Assembly (NCBI GenBank): GCA_964531295.1
Contig: CAZHHJ010000001.1
Coordinates: 1,239 to 65,238 of the forward strand
Length of the DNA stretch: 64,000 nucleotides
Source of the DNA: an uncultured Syntrophomonas sp.
GTDB taxonomy: Bacteria; Bacillota; Syntrophomonadia; Syntrophomonadales; Syntrophomonadaceae
Direction: 5' to 3'
The notes beneath the pieces were generated by a model. The model was not told where the DNA came from. It worked only from the letters and a program-made list of their open reading frames with translations, and searched no databases. This document shows, piece by piece, positions 1-10,527 of this stretch (positions within the stretch are counted from its first letter, which is position 1; each line of letters starts with the position of its first letter). The position numbers were made by a program, and so were the translations under genes.

Positions 1-79
1 CCGCAGCCGCTATAGTTGTGACCAAGTTTATCGCCTCGCTGAAGGCCCTGGCCCAGTGTTTTTGTTTTTTCTCTGCCAT
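1..79 (-). CDS. 5' end of a small protein truncated by the window edge; possibly an AtpI/AtpZ-like atp-operon leader gene (synteny guess only)
   Basis: Reverse-strand ATG at 79-77 with AAGGTG about 8 nt upstream. Translation MAEKKQKHWARAFSEAINLVTTIAAA runs off the window. It lies downstream of glyA, as the atp operon does in Bacillus. Confidence 0.3.
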   Translation of the reverse strand, partial: MAEKKQKHWARAFSEAINLVTTIAAA

Positions 80-261
80 TAATTCACACCTTTAAATTAG
101 TCTTAACTATCCACCTTCTCTATTCGGCACAAAAACCCAAATTCCTTTTAGCCTTAAGCTATACACTCTTACTCAAGTACAATAAAATTCGAGGACGAGG
201 ACGCAAAATCCTCTCACGAATTTTACATTTTATTGAGATTTATTGTCGAAGAGTTTCCCCG

Positions 262-573
262 TCAACGTATTAAATACCCTTTTTGTTCTAATTTAGCCAC
301 ATGGGCCTGCACAGCACTGTCTATATTAATGCCAAATTCTTCTTCCATCACAAACATCATAGTGACTGCTGTCTGTGCTACATCCAGGAGTTCCCGGGCT
401 ATTTCCCGGATGATGGTGTCATTGTCCATCTTCACCTTTTCTCCGCTAAGACCCCTGAATTTACCGATTACCTGTGCCAGTTCCCCGGTTTCTTCCATCA
501 GTTTTAACGCTGTTGATTCCAGGGTAGGGGAAAGTTGATTCAGTTTTGGTAATGAGAGCGTTTTGGTGTCCAC
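262..573 (-). CDS. MazG-like nucleotide pyrophosphohydrolase family protein
   Basis: 103-aa all-helical ORF with an EExGE-type acidic motif (LMEETGELAQ) and a second acidic helix (ELLDVAQ). GTG start preceded by TAGGAG. Confidence 0.65.
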   Translation of the reverse strand: MDTKTLSLPKLNQLSPTLESTALKLMEETGELAQVIGKFRGLSGEKVKMDNDTIIREIARELLDVAQTAVTMMFVMEEEFGINIDSAVQAHVAKLEQKGYLIR

Positions 574-645
574 AAGAAAACTCCTATCATTTATTTAATA
601 AAAATTGGATACAGGATATAGCCCGAGCAAAACCAAAATAAAACT

Positions 646-1908
646 CTAGTACAGTTTATGGTTTTGACACAATTCATAGACGATATCCCTGGCTTCCGCT
701 AATTTGCTTTCGCTTTCGGGGTTACCCAGGGCTATAGAAATAGCTCTAGCCACCTGCTTCATATCCTCTGCATTCATACCTCGACTGCTAAGCGCCGGCG
801 TTCCCAGTCTGATCCCACTGGTTACAAAAGGTGTTTGGGGATCAAAGGGTATAGTGTTCTTATTAACGGTAATATTTACCGATTCCAGAATTGCTTCCGC
901 CTCTTGGCCGGTAAGATTCTTGGGACGAACATCTACCAGCATCAGATGATTATCAGTTCCTCCCGAAACTAACCTTAATCCATTTTCCATAAGTGCTGCT
1001 GCCAATGCGCTGGCATTAGCAACAATATTCTTTTGATATTGCTTAAATTCTCCTGCTAAAGCTTCTTGGAAACATACTGCTTTGGCTGCAATGACATGCA
1101 TGAGCGGACCACCTTGAATACCAGGGAAAACAGCGCTGTCAATTTTCCTGGCCCATTCCTGACCGCAGAGAATAATTCCGCCTCGGGGTCCACGCAAGGT
1201 CTTATGAGTCGTTGAACTTACAAAATCTGCATACTCAACTGGGTTGGGGTGGAGGCCGGCTGCTACCAATCCTGCAATATGAGCCATATCTACAAATAGA
1301 TAAGCCCCTACTTCATCGGCAATTTCTTTAAATTTCCCAAAATCTATAATACGAGGATAGGCGCTGGCTCCAGCCACTATCATACGTGGTTGGGCTTTGA
1401 TAGCAGTACTTCGGAGCTGATCATAATCTATGGTTTCCGTTTCAGCATTTACCCCATAATCAACAAAATTATAGTTTTTCCCGGAAAAATTCACCGGACT
1501 GCCATGGGTAAGGTGGCCTCCATGGTTCAAATTCATACCCATAATCGTATCCCCGGGATTCAAAGCCGCAAAATACACGGCCATATTAGCCTGAGCCCCT
1601 GAATGGGGTTGTACATTAGCATGTTCGGCATTATAGATTTTTTTAACCCTTTCCCGAGCTAAGTCCTCTGCTACATCGACAAACTCACAACCCCCATAAT
1701 ACCTCTTGCCCGGATAACCCTCAGCATATTTGTTGGTCATCACACACCCCTGCGCGGCCATAACTGCACGAGACACAAAGTTTTCTGAAGCTATAAGTTC
1801 CAGTTTATTGTTCTGTCTCATTTCTTCCTGCTTGATAGCCTCAGCTATCTCTGGATCAACAGACTGAACATACTTTTCAATATAGTCCACTTGCCCTGCT
1901 CCCTTCAT
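646..1908 (-). CDS. glyA: serine hydroxymethyltransferase
   Basis: Full-length SHMT with the PLP-lysine motif [15 protein letters not shown]. The true start may be the GTG at 1890, which would reduce the overlap with rpiB. Confidence 0.97.
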   Translation of the reverse strand: MKGAGQVDYIEKYVQSVDPEIAEAIKQEEMRQNNKLELIASENFVSRAVMAAQGCVMTNKYAEGYPGKRYYGGCEFVDVAEDLARERVKKIYNAEHANVQPHSGAQANMAVYFAALNPGDTIMGMNLNHGGHLTHGSPVNFSGKNYNFVDYGVNAETETIDYDQLRSTAIKAQPRMIVAGASAYPRIIDFGKFKEIADEVGAYLFVDMAHIAGLVAAGLHPNPVEYADFVSSTTHKTLRGPRGGIILCGQEWARKIDSAVFPGIQGGPLMHVIAAKAVCFQEALAGEFKQYQKNIVANASALAAALMENGLRLVSGGTDNHLMLVDVRPKNLTGQEAEAILESVNITVNKNTIPFDPQTPFVTSGIRLGTPALSSRGMNAEDMKQVARAISIALGNPESESKLAEARDIVYELCQNHKLY

Positions 1909-2347
1909 GACATTTTTTTTCGAGCTTATCTATCTTTTCTACTCTTCTTTGGTGTCTACCTCCCTGGAATTCACTATTAAGAAAAGTTTTTACCATTGCC
2001 AGGGCAATTCCCGTTCCGCTTATTCTTGATCCAAGGGCAATTATATTAGCATCATTATGCTCCCGAGCCAGGACCGCGCAATAAGGATCATGGCATAAGG
2101 CTGCTCTTATTCCAGGAATTTTATTAGCTGCGATCGATATTCCTATCCCCGTTCCACAGATCAAAATTCCAAAAATATTTTCTTCCAGCACCTTTTGGGC
2201 AACTGCTTCAGCAATATCTGGATAATCAACCGATTCGCTGTTGTGGGTTCCGCAATCAAGCACTTGATAACCTTCTGCTTGCAGTTCATCAATTATCTCC
2301 TGTTTCATCCAAAGACCAGCGTGGTCACTGCCAATAGCCATTTTCAT
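1877..2347 (-). CDS. rpiB: ribose-5-phosphate isomerase B
   Basis: IGSDHAG N-terminal motif and [14 protein letters not shown] active-site region. The ywlF position next to glyA is conserved. Confidence 0.93.
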   Translation of the reverse strand: MKMAIGSDHAGLWMKQEIIDELQAEGYQVLDCGTHNSESVDYPDIAEAVAQKVLEENIFGILICGTGIGISIAANKIPGIRAALCHDPYCAVLAREHNDANIIALGSRISGTGIALAMVKTFLNSEFQGGRHQRRVEKIDKLEKKCHEGSRASGLY

Positions 2348-2392
2348 AGCGGGACTTCACTCCTTAACAAGCTACATATTTCGCAGCTGAAT

Positions 2393-2860
2393 TTATTTGC
2401 TTAGTTTTTCCACTATTGCTTCCAGCATCCCTTTTATTTGCAGGGCACATTCTCTATATAATTCTATCCCCATGCCATATGGATCCACAATTTCTTGATC
2501 ATCATAACCGGCAAAATCACCCAGCAAATAGATTTTGCCCTGGCTTTCGCTAAACATTTCCATCATATACAGATAGTGCTCTCGAGTCATAACCAGAACC
2601 AAATCGGCATTATTGACCATTTCCTGATCTATTAGTCTGGACCGATGTCGGGATAAATCTATTTCATACTCCAGCATGGTATCCAGGGCCGCCTGAGCAG
2701 CAGGCATGCCATCGATTGCGAATAATCCAGCCGACCCTATTTCATACCCGTTGGAATAATCCTCTCCTTGATCTTGGGCTATAATCCAGGTGAAGAGCCC
2801 CTGTGCCATTGGACTTCTACAGGTATTTCCACTGCATACAAAAAGAACCCTTTTCACCAT
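2393..2860 (-). CDS. ywlE: low-molecular-weight protein tyrosine/arginine phosphatase
   Basis: CX5R(S/T) P-loop VCSGNTCRSPMA at the N-terminus. About 155 aa. Synteny sua5-mntP-ywlE-rpiB-glyA as in B. subtilis. Confidence 0.88.
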   Translation of the reverse strand: MVKRVLFVCSGNTCRSPMAQGLFTWIIAQDQGEDYSNGYEIGSAGLFAIDGMPAAQAALDTMLEYEIDLSRHRSRLIDQEMVNNADLVLVMTREHYLYMMEMFSESQGKIYLLGDFAGYDDQEIVDPYGMGIELYRECALQIKGMLEAIVEKLSK

Positions 2861-2874
2861 GCTCCCCCCCTGCT

Positions 2875-3468
2875 TTATAACAGTATTTTCACTGCCAGCA
2901 TAATCAATATTAGTCCACCTGCTATTTGCGCGTAATGGCCGACCAGGCTGCCCATTATTTTACCGCTTCTAAAGCCTATCAGGGCCATAAGCCCGGCAGT
3001 CAACCCCATAATAATCACGGTCAAGAGTACCGGCATCTGGGTAGTGCCCAGAGTAAAACCTGTGGCCAGAGCATCAATACTTACTGAGGCAGTGAGTAGC
3101 CAAAGGCTCTTTTCCCCATATTCTGACCCACTTTCGCGTGCAGTCAGCAGCTTGCGGGCCTGATCAAAGCTGCTGGAATATCTCTTGATTTCATGGCAGC
3201 CTTCCCTGATAAAAGTTGCCCCCACATAGGCAAGTATTGCCGCGCCCAGCCAACTGGCCCACAAGCCCAATATTTTCCCGGCTGTGTAGCCCAAACTTAA
3301 ACCTAATAAGGGCATTAATATATGAAATGCACCTACTGCCACAGCAAACTTGTATTCATAAGCTTTAGCAGTTCCTCGTAAACCCATGACCAGGGCCAGG
3401 GAAAAAGCATCTATACCTAATACCAGCGCTACCAGCCATATAGTTAGCAGCTGCCCCGACATTCCCAT
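2875..3468 (-). CDS. mntP: manganese efflux pump MntP family (two DUF204 repeats)
   Basis: 197-aa polytopic membrane protein with GIDAFS and IDALATG repeat motifs. The position corresponds to ywlD. Confidence 0.82.
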   Translation of the reverse strand: MGMSGQLLTIWLVALVLGIDAFSLALVMGLRGTAKAYEYKFAVAVGAFHILMPLLGLSLGYTAGKILGLWASWLGAAILAYVGATFIREGCHEIKRYSSSFDQARKLLTARESGSEYGEKSLWLLTASVSIDALATGFTLGTTQMPVLLTVIIMGLTAGLMALIGFRSGKIMGSLVGHYAQIAGGLILIMLAVKILL

Positions 3469-3523
3469 CTCTCCTCATACAGGAAACAGGGGGAATCCTC
3501 CTGCGCCTGAATACCTAATTAAC

Positions 3524-4465
3524 TTACTGTGGTCCGGGTGATACTGCCCTCTTTATCCGGTCATAAAACGATGCGGCTATGCCGGTCAGATCAGATGGCA
3601 GGGGGGCAAATACCAGTACCTCAACATCACTCGCCTCACACTCTCTAATTATGGTATACAGCTTAGCTCCCCCGTTAATCAAATCCAATTCGTACTCGCA
3701 GCTTAAACCAGTATAGTTTCTTTTTGACCCTTTTTGGTGTTTATTATTCACCAGGGCGGTTTTCTTCTTCCGTTTAAAACAATCCTCTAACATTGAATCC
3801 AGCTCTTGGGAATCTTCTGCCAGCAAGACCAGTAGGTCGGTCAAGTACTCGAAGGTACTGCCCCGGTCAGGTGCCTCTATTTTCTGGCCCAAAACCTCTT
3901 GGATGGATTCCAGCGGAATACCACCCCGCCTTAGAACTTTATAATCATTTTGCAGATCGATCAGGGTAGATTCTACCCCCACTCCAGTTGGGCCTGCATC
4001 CAATACCGCTGCAATCTGCCCATCAAGATCGCTTCTAACATGGTCAGCGGTAACCGGACTGGGACGCCCATAACGGTTAGCACTAGGAGCAGCCAGTGGT
4101 CCGGCCCTATCAATCAGCATAAGCGCTACTGTATGGTCGGGCATGCGCAGTCCTACCCCCGCTTTCTCCCCCCGAATAATATCCGGTACAGAGCTTGAGG
4201 CCGGCAGGATAATAGATAAAGGACCTGGCCAGAACGCCTCGATTAGCCGGCGGGCATCTTCCGATACACAAGTAACCAGGCCTTGCACCTGTTCCATATT
4301 GCTTACATGCACCAGGAGCGCATTTTCCGGTGGTCTTCCTTTCACTTTAAATATTTTTTTCACTGCCTCGACAGAAAATGCATCTGCACCCAGACCGTAA
4401 ACTGTTTCAGTAGGAAACGCCACCAATTCTTTTGCCTTAATCATTCTGGCCGCCTCATCTATCAA
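3524..4465 (-). CDS. tsaC: L-threonylcarbamoyladenylate synthase (Sua5/YwlC type with C-terminal Sua5 domain)
   Basis: FPTETVYGLGADA motif, SANRYGRPSP motif and a long C-terminal domain. Confidence 0.9.
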   Translation of the reverse strand: MIDEAARMIKAKELVAFPTETVYGLGADAFSVEAVKKIFKVKGRPPENALLVHVSNMEQVQGLVTCVSEDARRLIEAFWPGPLSIILPASSSVPDIIRGEKAGVGLRMPDHTVALMLIDRAGPLAAPSANRYGRPSPVTADHVRSDLDGQIAAVLDAGPTGVGVESTLIDLQNDYKVLRRGGIPLESIQEVLGQKIEAPDRGSTFEYLTDLLVLLAEDSQELDSMLEDCFKRKKKTALVNNKHQKGSKRNYTGLSCEYELDLINGGAKLYTIIRECEASDVEVLVFAPLPSDLTGIAASFYDRIKRAVSPGPQ

Positions 4466-4516
4466 ATCTTCTTGCGGGGCGGCTGAATTAATCTTAATAT
4501 ATCGAGTTTTCAGGGC

Positions 4517-5362
4517 CTACCCCTTCCTGGCTTTTAGTATTCGCTCTCTGCCTGCCAAATCTTTAATAATCTCTGCCTCGGTATATGCCTGGGCCATCTC
4601 CAAGGCTTTCTCCCCCTGATTGCAGGCTATCTCAATAAACAGATAGCCTCCCGGCTTAATTTTTCCTAAAGCCTGGTCCAGAAAACGCCGGTATATATCA
4701 AATCCATCTCCAGGCGCCAAAAGCGCATGGACTGGCTCAAATTCTTTAACTTCCTTTTCAAGTACAATATACTCATTTTTTGCTATGTAAGGCAAGTTAG
4801 CCGCAATCAGATCAAAAGGCGGGTGGTTAACCAGCGGGGCTAGTAAATCGCCCTGCAAAAAATCGATTACCACCCCATTTTCGGCTGCATTAATCCTGGC
4901 TGTGGCTAGAGCCGCTTCAGATATATCCGTAGCTGTCACTCGGGCCGCCGGTAAATAGTAAGCTAGGCTAACTGCTATAGCACCTGACCCGGTCCCGACA
5001 TCACATAAATCCATCAACTCCCTGGCCGGGATTTCCAAGATTTTTTCCACCATCATTTCCGTATCCGGGCGGGGAATTAGTACGGTCGGGTTAACTTGAA
5101 ATTTCAAGGACATGAATTCTTTATAACCAGTTATATAGGCGGATGGTTCTCCCTGAGTCCTTCTTTGGATAACATCGCGAAATTTTTCTCTTTCCACTTG
5201 ATTAACTGGTAAATCAAAATTAGCATATAGGTGGACTCGCTCCTGTTTCAGTACATGGGCCAACAATACCTCCGCCTCCAGCCGCGGGTTGTCGATTCCT
5301 TTAGCAGAAAAATAGCGGGTGGTCCATCCCAATAGTTCTTTGATATTCCATTCTTCTTTCAA
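4517..5362 (-). CDS. prmC: release-factor glutamine N5-methyltransferase
   Basis: DVGTGSGAIA SAM-binding motif. The substrate motif reads NLPY instead of NPPY. It directly abuts the prfA stop. Confidence 0.9.
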   Translation of the reverse strand: MKEEWNIKELLGWTTRYFSAKGIDNPRLEAEVLLAHVLKQERVHLYANFDLPVNQVEREKFRDVIQRRTQGEPSAYITGYKEFMSLKFQVNPTVLIPRPDTEMMVEKILEIPARELMDLCDVGTGSGAIAVSLAYYLPAARVTATDISEAALATARINAAENGVVIDFLQGDLLAPLVNHPPFDLIAANLPYIAKNEYIVLEKEVKEFEPVHALLAPGDGFDIYRRFLDQALGKIKPGGYLFIEIACNQGEKALEMAQAYTEAEIIKDLAGRERILKARKG

Positions 5363-6430
5363 TTATTCCACCTTTTTCATGCGCTCCGCGTGGTCATGGG
5401 CGATAAGCACCCCGATTATTTCATGCAGGTCTCCTTCCAATATGGCATCCAGTTTATGCAGGGTGAGATTAACGCGATGATCACTAACCCGGCCCTGAGG
5501 AAAGTTGTAGGTGCGAATGCGCTCACTGCGGTCACCAGTGCCGACCTGACTTTTACGCGCTCCAGCCATTTCAGCATTCTTTTCTTCTTCCATGACTTCT
5601 TTCAAGCGGGCTCTTAATACCCTCAAAGCCTTGGCCTTATTTTTATGTTGCGATTTTTCGTCCTGGCAGGTGACTACCAAACCGGTAGGCAGGTGAGTAA
5701 TCCTGACCGCTGACTGGGTAGTGTTTACCGATTGACCCCCGGGACCACTGGAACAATAAACATCTACCCGCAGTTCATTAGGGTCTATGGCCACTTCTAC
5801 CTCTTCCGCTTCTGGTAGTACTGCTACGGTCGCAGCGGAAGTATGTATCCTTCCCCCTGATTCAGTAGTTGGCACACGCTGCACCCGATGAACACCAGAT
5901 TCATATTTGAGCTTACTGTAGGCACCTGAACCATCCACTACGATGATCAACTCTTTGATACCACCCATATCAGTAAAATGGGAATCCATAATATCTATCT
6001 TCCAACCCTGGGATTCAGCATAGCGAGAATACATTCGGAATAGTTCACTGGCAAAAAGAGCCGCTTCATCCCCTCCGGTCCCGGCCCGAATTTCCATAAT
6101 TACGCTTTTATCATCATCCGGGTCTTTGGGCAATAAAAGAATCTTCAGATCCCCTTCCAACTCTTCTTCCTTACCCTGCAGCAAATTCATCTCCTCTTCC
6201 AGCATCAAACGAAATTCTTCTTCCTGTTCCTCTGCCAGCATTTCTGTGGTATCTGCAATTTGCTTGATAACAGACTTATAGTCCCGGTATTTCTGGACTA
6301 TATCCTGTAATTCAGAGTGGGCCCGAGCATATTTTTGAAATTGACTTTGATCGGAGATGACCTCCGGTTTGCTCATGAGTTCTGATAGTTCATCATATTT
6401 ATCTTCTAGACTATCCAGCTTTTGCAGCAT
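5363..6430 (-). CDS. prfA: peptide chain release factor 1
   Basis: GGQ motif (GPGGQSVN) and an RF1-type PxT tripeptide (PTT). Start moved to the ATG at 6430, which has GGGAGG 7 nt upstream. The ORF-track start at 6445 is a TTG inside the RBS. Confidence 0.97.
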   Translation of the reverse strand: MLQKLDSLEDKYDELSELMSKPEVISDQSQFQKYARAHSELQDIVQKYRDYKSVIKQIADTTEMLAEEQEEEFRLMLEEEMNLLQGKEEELEGDLKILLLPKDPDDDKSVIMEIRAGTGGDEAALFASELFRMYSRYAESQGWKIDIMDSHFTDMGGIKELIIVVDGSGAYSKLKYESGVHRVQRVPTTESGGRIHTSAATVAVLPEAEEVEVAIDPNELRVDVYCSSGPGGQSVNTTQSAVRITHLPTGLVVTCQDEKSQHKNKAKALRVLRARLKEVMEEEKNAEMAGARKSQVGTGDRSERIRTYNFPQGRVSDHRVNLTLHKLDAILEGDLHEIIGVLIAHDHAERMKKVE

Positions 6431-6463
6431 GGTTTTACCTCCCAATGATATTTACTTGAATAC

Positions 6464-7375
6464 TTAGCTGCTTACGATTAATCCTTCTGTGTTTTGGCCA
6501 CCAGTGTTTTCTTTATCCTGCAATACCGCCTTTAAGGCCGTGATAGCGACCTCCAGTTGATCATCATCCGGTGGTCTGGTAGTCAATTTTTGCAGCCACA
6601 AGCCTGGGGCAATCATAAATTTTAACCAGTGGTTGTCATAATATTTGCCGCTGAATTTAAGAAACTCATAACTGACCCCAGCTACTACCGGCAAAACAGC
6701 CAGTCTGCTCCATATACGATAAAATAGGTTTCCTTCGCCCAGCATAACAAATACCAGGATGGACATCACCATGACTATCAACAAAAAAGCCGTGCCGCAG
6801 CGAGGGTGCAAGGTGGAATACTTGCGGGCATTCTCTATGGTTAAATCTTCCCCATTTTCATAGGCAAAAATAGTCTTATGTTCAGCCCCATGATACATAA
6901 AGACCCTGGCTATATCAGGCATTTTAGAAATGAAGTAAACATATAGCAAAAAGAAACCGATCCGCAGAACTCCTTCAACCAGGTTTTGCAGAACAATGCC
7001 GCCCAGATATCTCTGTGAATAATGAACAATAGCAGTAGGTAATACCATAAAAAGCAAAATAGCCAGTCCCAGAGCAATACTCATGGTTATCGCGATTTCC
7101 CAGGGACTCAGTTCTTCGTCTTCTTCCTCCAGCGCAATATTGGCCGAAATGTTCAACATATGTATGCCCGCCACCATGGATTCGATCAAGATGTAGGTTC
7201 CTCTGATAAAAGGCCATTTCAAGAAAGGATAGCGCTTAAGCAACGAGGTATTCTCCTCTTTTTCCAGGTGAATAGTACCGTCGCTTTTTCTGACTGCCAA
7301 GGCTGTCTGTTCAGGCCCGCGCATCATAATCCCTTCCAGAACTGCCATTCCCCCGTATTGGAATTTTCTACTCAT
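6464..7375 (-). CDS. DUF1385 (YqhQ-like) membrane protein
   Basis: N-terminal YGGMAVLEGIMMRG motif typical of DUF1385, followed by several TM helices. Its position between rpmE and prfA is common in Clostridia. Confidence 0.82.
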   Translation of the reverse strand: MSRKFQYGGMAVLEGIMMRGPEQTALAVRKSDGTIHLEKEENTSLLKRYPFLKWPFIRGTYILIESMVAGIHMLNISANIALEEEDEELSPWEIAITMSIALGLAILLFMVLPTAIVHYSQRYLGGIVLQNLVEGVLRIGFFLLYVYFISKMPDIARVFMYHGAEHKTIFAYENGEDLTIENARKYSTLHPRCGTAFLLIVMVMSILVFVMLGEGNLFYRIWSRLAVLPVVAGVSYEFLKFSGKYYDNHWLKFMIAPGLWLQKLTTRPPDDDQLEVAITALKAVLQDKENTGGQNTEGLIVSS

Positions 7376-7527
7376 TATAAACCACCTTTATATAAACAGA
7401 GCCCATATTTAAGATTCCGTTCCTGACCGGAATCCAATGGACACCAAGCCTTCCCGGGCCTTAAAAAGCTGAATGGAGGGCCGTTTCTCGGGCTCATAGC
7501 AGGTAGCCCGGAACTCCCCTGCAATAA

Positions 7528-7560
7528 ATAGCAAAATAGCAGGAACTTCCGCCCCTGCTA
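7528..7560 (-). terminator. putative intrinsic terminator after rpmE
   Basis: On the minus strand AGCAGG-N10-CCTGCT (7559..7538) is followed by ATTTTGCTATTT. Confidence 0.5.
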
Positions 7561-7564
7561 TTGA

Positions 7565-7768
7565 TTACTCTAAACCGTACTTCCTCTTAAACCGCTCTAC
7601 TCTTCCTGTGGTGTCTACTACTCTGCCTTTATTACCTGTATAAAAGGGGTGGCATTTGGAGCATATTTCTACTCGAATGCTTTCTTTGGTTGACCCAACC
7701 TCGAATTCATTACCACACGCACATCGAGCTGTAGCCTTAAAATATTCGGGATGTATTTTTTCCTTCAC
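7565..7768 (-). CDS. rpmE: 50S ribosomal protein L31 (zinc-ribbon type A)
   Basis: 67 aa with KIHPEY, CACGNEF and [10 protein letters not shown] motifs. Confidence 0.95.
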   Translation of the reverse strand: MKEKIHPEYFKATARCACGNEFEVGSTKESIRVEICSKCHPFYTGNKGRVVDTTGRVERFKRKYGLE

Positions 7769-8117
7769 TATTTCACCTCTTTTCAGGCTGCTTTTATCTA
7801 ATTTATAGTGTTTTCCCGCTAAATAGCCTTACAAACTGCAAAGAAAATTATATCAATAAAAATAATAAAACACAAGGATATATTGCGCAAGGTGTTGTTA
7901 ATAAGGATAATGTCTTGGTATAACTCGTCAGGGAAAATGTCATCCCTTCCAAAATTCAATATATAATGGAAGGATGAAATTAAAAATATGCCAACAAGCA
8001 AGGAAAAGGCGGACTGTGTAAGAAGGTAGCACTTTATACGGTTGAATTAAAGCCTTGATCCCAAAAGAGGAGAAGCTCTAGATAAGTATGACATATAATA
8101 TACTAAGCAAATGCCGC

Positions 8118-8948
8118 CTATGGTAAAAAAGAATTAATTTTTATGATGAGTAAGCAAAGGTAGTAATTATGCCATAGCAATAGGCTTATTAATAACACCA
8201 TGTTAACAGCTATAATATAGTAGTCTATACGATCTAAGCTCAACTCGCGTAGGTAGGTTCTCCTTCCCTGCTGGTATCCCCTTGCTTCCATAGCATCCAC
8301 CAGTTCGTCACAACGCCGGAATATGTTTATCGCTAATGGCCTGGCCAGGTAACTGATCGCCCTGACTTTTCCACTCAGGCCTTGCGGATTGAAGTCGGCA
8401 CATCGAGCTAGCTGAGCTTCGCTAATGCTGTTCATTTCATCCGTCAAGACAGGCATAAACCTCAAGGCCAGAGACAGCATCATGGCAATATCATGAGAAG
8501 ATATACCGATAATACTGATGGGCCGCAGCAAACGTTCCAGCCCCATGGTAATCTCAGACTGCGTAGTGGTCATAGTCAGAATCGATGCTGCCATAACCAG
8601 CAACAGGAACTTGCCTACCTGTAAAATCCCCAAACACAGACCCTGATAGGTGATTAGAATAGGACCCATTGGAAAGCAAGGCAAGGAATCCCCGGGAGTA
8701 AAAAAAACATAAAGCAGGAACAGGCAGAAAAAGAAAGGCCCTACCGGGCGCAAAGTCCTTAGCAGCAATCCTGCAGGCAGGTATGCCAGCTGCGATACCG
8801 CGATGAGCATACTGGCAGCAAGCAATAGGCTGATGCTGTTTACCTGTAGAATCATTATGCTAAAAGCTATTACTGCGATGATTTTGGTTCTGGGATCCCG
8901 ATTATGAATTGGCGATTTGCCTGGGATGTACTGACCCAGGTTATACAT
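8118..8948 (-). CDS. bioN: ECF transporter T component (BioN/EcfT, CbiQ family)
   Basis: 276-aa polytopic protein with the C-terminal ARG signature region (AMEARGY). It overlaps the upstream ATPase gene by 8 nt. Confidence 0.82.
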   Translation of the reverse strand: MYNLGQYIPGKSPIHNRDPRTKIIAVIAFSIMILQVNSISLLLAASMLIAVSQLAYLPAGLLLRTLRPVGPFFFCLFLLYVFFTPGDSLPCFPMGPILITYQGLCLGILQVGKFLLLVMAASILTMTTTQSEITMGLERLLRPISIIGISSHDIAMMLSLALRFMPVLTDEMNSISEAQLARCADFNPQGLSGKVRAISYLARPLAINIFRRCDELVDAMEARGYQQGRRTYLRELSLDRIDYYIIAVNMVLLISLLLWHNYYLCLLIIKINSFLP

Positions 8949-9816
8949 TTCGACCTAACTTCCAGGCAACACTATCATTTATTGAACAGCGCCGCTCATT
9001 AAGTAGAGTGGTTATTTCCTCGACAGCATCAACAATAGTAAAGATATTGGTTTTCACATCCTCTCCCCCTTGCTGCAACTGCCACATCAACTCAGTGACC
9101 CGGGGCGGAGCCAGGCCCAGTGACTTGAGCCACTCTACCCGATGTAATATGCTATCCGGGCTTCCATCGGCGATGATCTCACCCCGATCCATTACTAAGA
9201 CCCTATCCGCCAGAGCTGCCTCATTCATACTGTGGGTAACATGTATTATACCAATCCCCTGCCCCTTCAGCTTCTGCAATAAGGCCAGAACTTTATTCTT
9301 CCCGGCGGGGTCCAGAGAGGAGGTAGGCTCATCGAGGACAATTACCTTGGGGTCCATAGCTAGAAGGCCAGCTATGGCCAAAAGCTGTTTCTGACCTCCA
9401 GAAAGAGTATGGGGAGAGCGGCCTTCAAGACCAGATAAACCCACCATTTTAAGGGCTTGATCCACTCGCCGACGCACTTCGACTGCTGGCAATCCAAGGT
9501 TGCCGGGACCGAAGGCCACATCTTCTTCTACGCTCATACCAACAATCTGGTTATCGGGATTCTGGAAGACCATCCCTATCCGGCTTCGAATTTCTCGAAG
9601 GTTCTTCGAATCCCGAGTGCTTAGGTCGTCCACCAGGATTTCACCCCGGGTGGGAAATAACAGCGCATTTAAATGACGAATAAAAGTAGTCTTGCCACAG
9701 CCATTGGGGCCAATAATAACAATATATTCACCTGTGCTTAAATGCAAATTAATGTCTTTGACAGCTGGCGGCTGGCCAGGTTCATAAGCATAAGATAGGT
9801 TTTGAATCCAAATCAT
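8941..9816 (-). CDS. bioM: ECF transporter ATPase (BioM/EcfA, CbiO family), single copy
   Basis: Walker A GPNGCGKTT, signature LSGGQKQ, Walker B VIVLDEPTS. Confidence 0.9.
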   Translation of the reverse strand: MIWIQNLSYAYEPGQPPAVKDINLHLSTGEYIVIIGPNGCGKTTFIRHLNALLFPTRGEILVDDLSTRDSKNLREIRSRIGMVFQNPDNQIVGMSVEEDVAFGPGNLGLPAVEVRRRVDQALKMVGLSGLEGRSPHTLSGGQKQLLAIAGLLAMDPKVIVLDEPTSSLDPAGKNKVLALLQKLKGQGIGIIHVTHSMNEAALADRVLVMDRGEIIADGSPDSILHRVEWLKSLGLAPPRVTELMWQLQQGGEDVKTNIFTIVDAVEEITTLLNERRCSINDSVAWKLGRNV

Positions 9817-9830
9817 TTTTTCCCACCCCT

Positions 9831-10370
9831 TTATAGTGAAATATCCTGGCGTAATTTAAGGGCAATCCAGGCCGCAGTAAAGAGCTTTAGCAGATCACCG
9901 ATTAAGAAAGGAACAACTCCGACCATTAAGGCTTCAAGCAAAGTAAAGTGAGTCACTATTGAAAGCTGGATACTGCCCAGAGTATAAATCACCAGGTGGC
10001 CTGCAAGTAAAGCAAACACTATCCATGCCAGGCCTGGATTTCTTCTGCTTTCCACAATTTTGCCAATAACATAGGCCCCTACAATAAAGCCAATTAGATA
10101 GCCACCCGAGGGGCCGAATAAAATACCGATGCCGGCTTTACCTCCGGCAAACACCGGCAGTCCAATTATCCCCAAAAGCACATATATAATTTGGCTAAAT
10201 GCACCCGTATATCCACCCAGAAGGATAGCTGCTAAACTGGTAAAAAGAGTTTGCAATGTAATAGGCAGAGGTTGTAGAGGTATGACCATAAATGCAGAAA
10301 CAGCGGTCAAGGCTCCGAACATGGCGGCATAAACCGTTCGCCGCAGTGGACTATGGTTAGCTCCAACCAT
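9831..10370 (-). CDS. bioY: biotin ECF transporter S component BioY
   Basis: BioY-like 6-TM protein. Start moved to the ATG at 10370 (MVGANHSPLRR...), which has AGGAGG 8 nt upstream. The longer ORF-track start at 10442 would overlap the promoter. Confidence 0.88.
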   Translation of the reverse strand: MVGANHSPLRRTVYAAMFGALTAVSAFMVIPLQPLPITLQTLFTSLAAILLGGYTGAFSQIIYVLLGIIGLPVFAGGKAGIGILFGPSGGYLIGFIVGAYVIGKIVESRRNPGLAWIVFALLAGHLVIYTLGSIQLSIVTHFTLLEALMVGVVPFLIGDLLKLFTAAWIALKLRQDISL

Positions 10371-10467
10371 ACGTTGACACCTCCTAGGCTTCAGCCAAAA
10401 TAAATACCATACATTAAAAAAATAGTTGAGCAATCTGCACAACCCTTATATCTTACAGTTTATTCAC

Positions 10468-10521
10468 ATTATGATATCATGTAAATCATATGTCAACCAC
10501 ATCGGGGGAATTAGGTTAACA
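10468..10521 (-). promoter_or_regulatory. sigma-A-type promoter of bioYMN overlapped by a BirA operator (bioO)
   Basis: The minus strand reads TGTTAACC-N15-GGTTGACA (10521..10491), an inverted repeat with one mismatch. TTGACA (10496..10491), a 17-nt spacer and CATAAT (10473..10468) give -35 and -10 elements inside and after the right half-site. Confidence 0.7.
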
Positions 10522-10527
10522 ATGTAG

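Noticed and set aside
3469-3523. yybP-ykoY manganese riboswitch upstream of mntP.
   Set aside because: The gap is only 55 nt and lacks the conserved four-way-junction sequences. mntP is probably co-transcribed with sua5.
7819-8001. 60-aa hydrophobic ORF in the AT-rich gap between bioN and rpmE.
   Set aside because: TTG start with no Shine-Dalgarno sequence, and AT-rich codon content typical of intergenic DNA. The region is more likely the rpmE promoter and leader.
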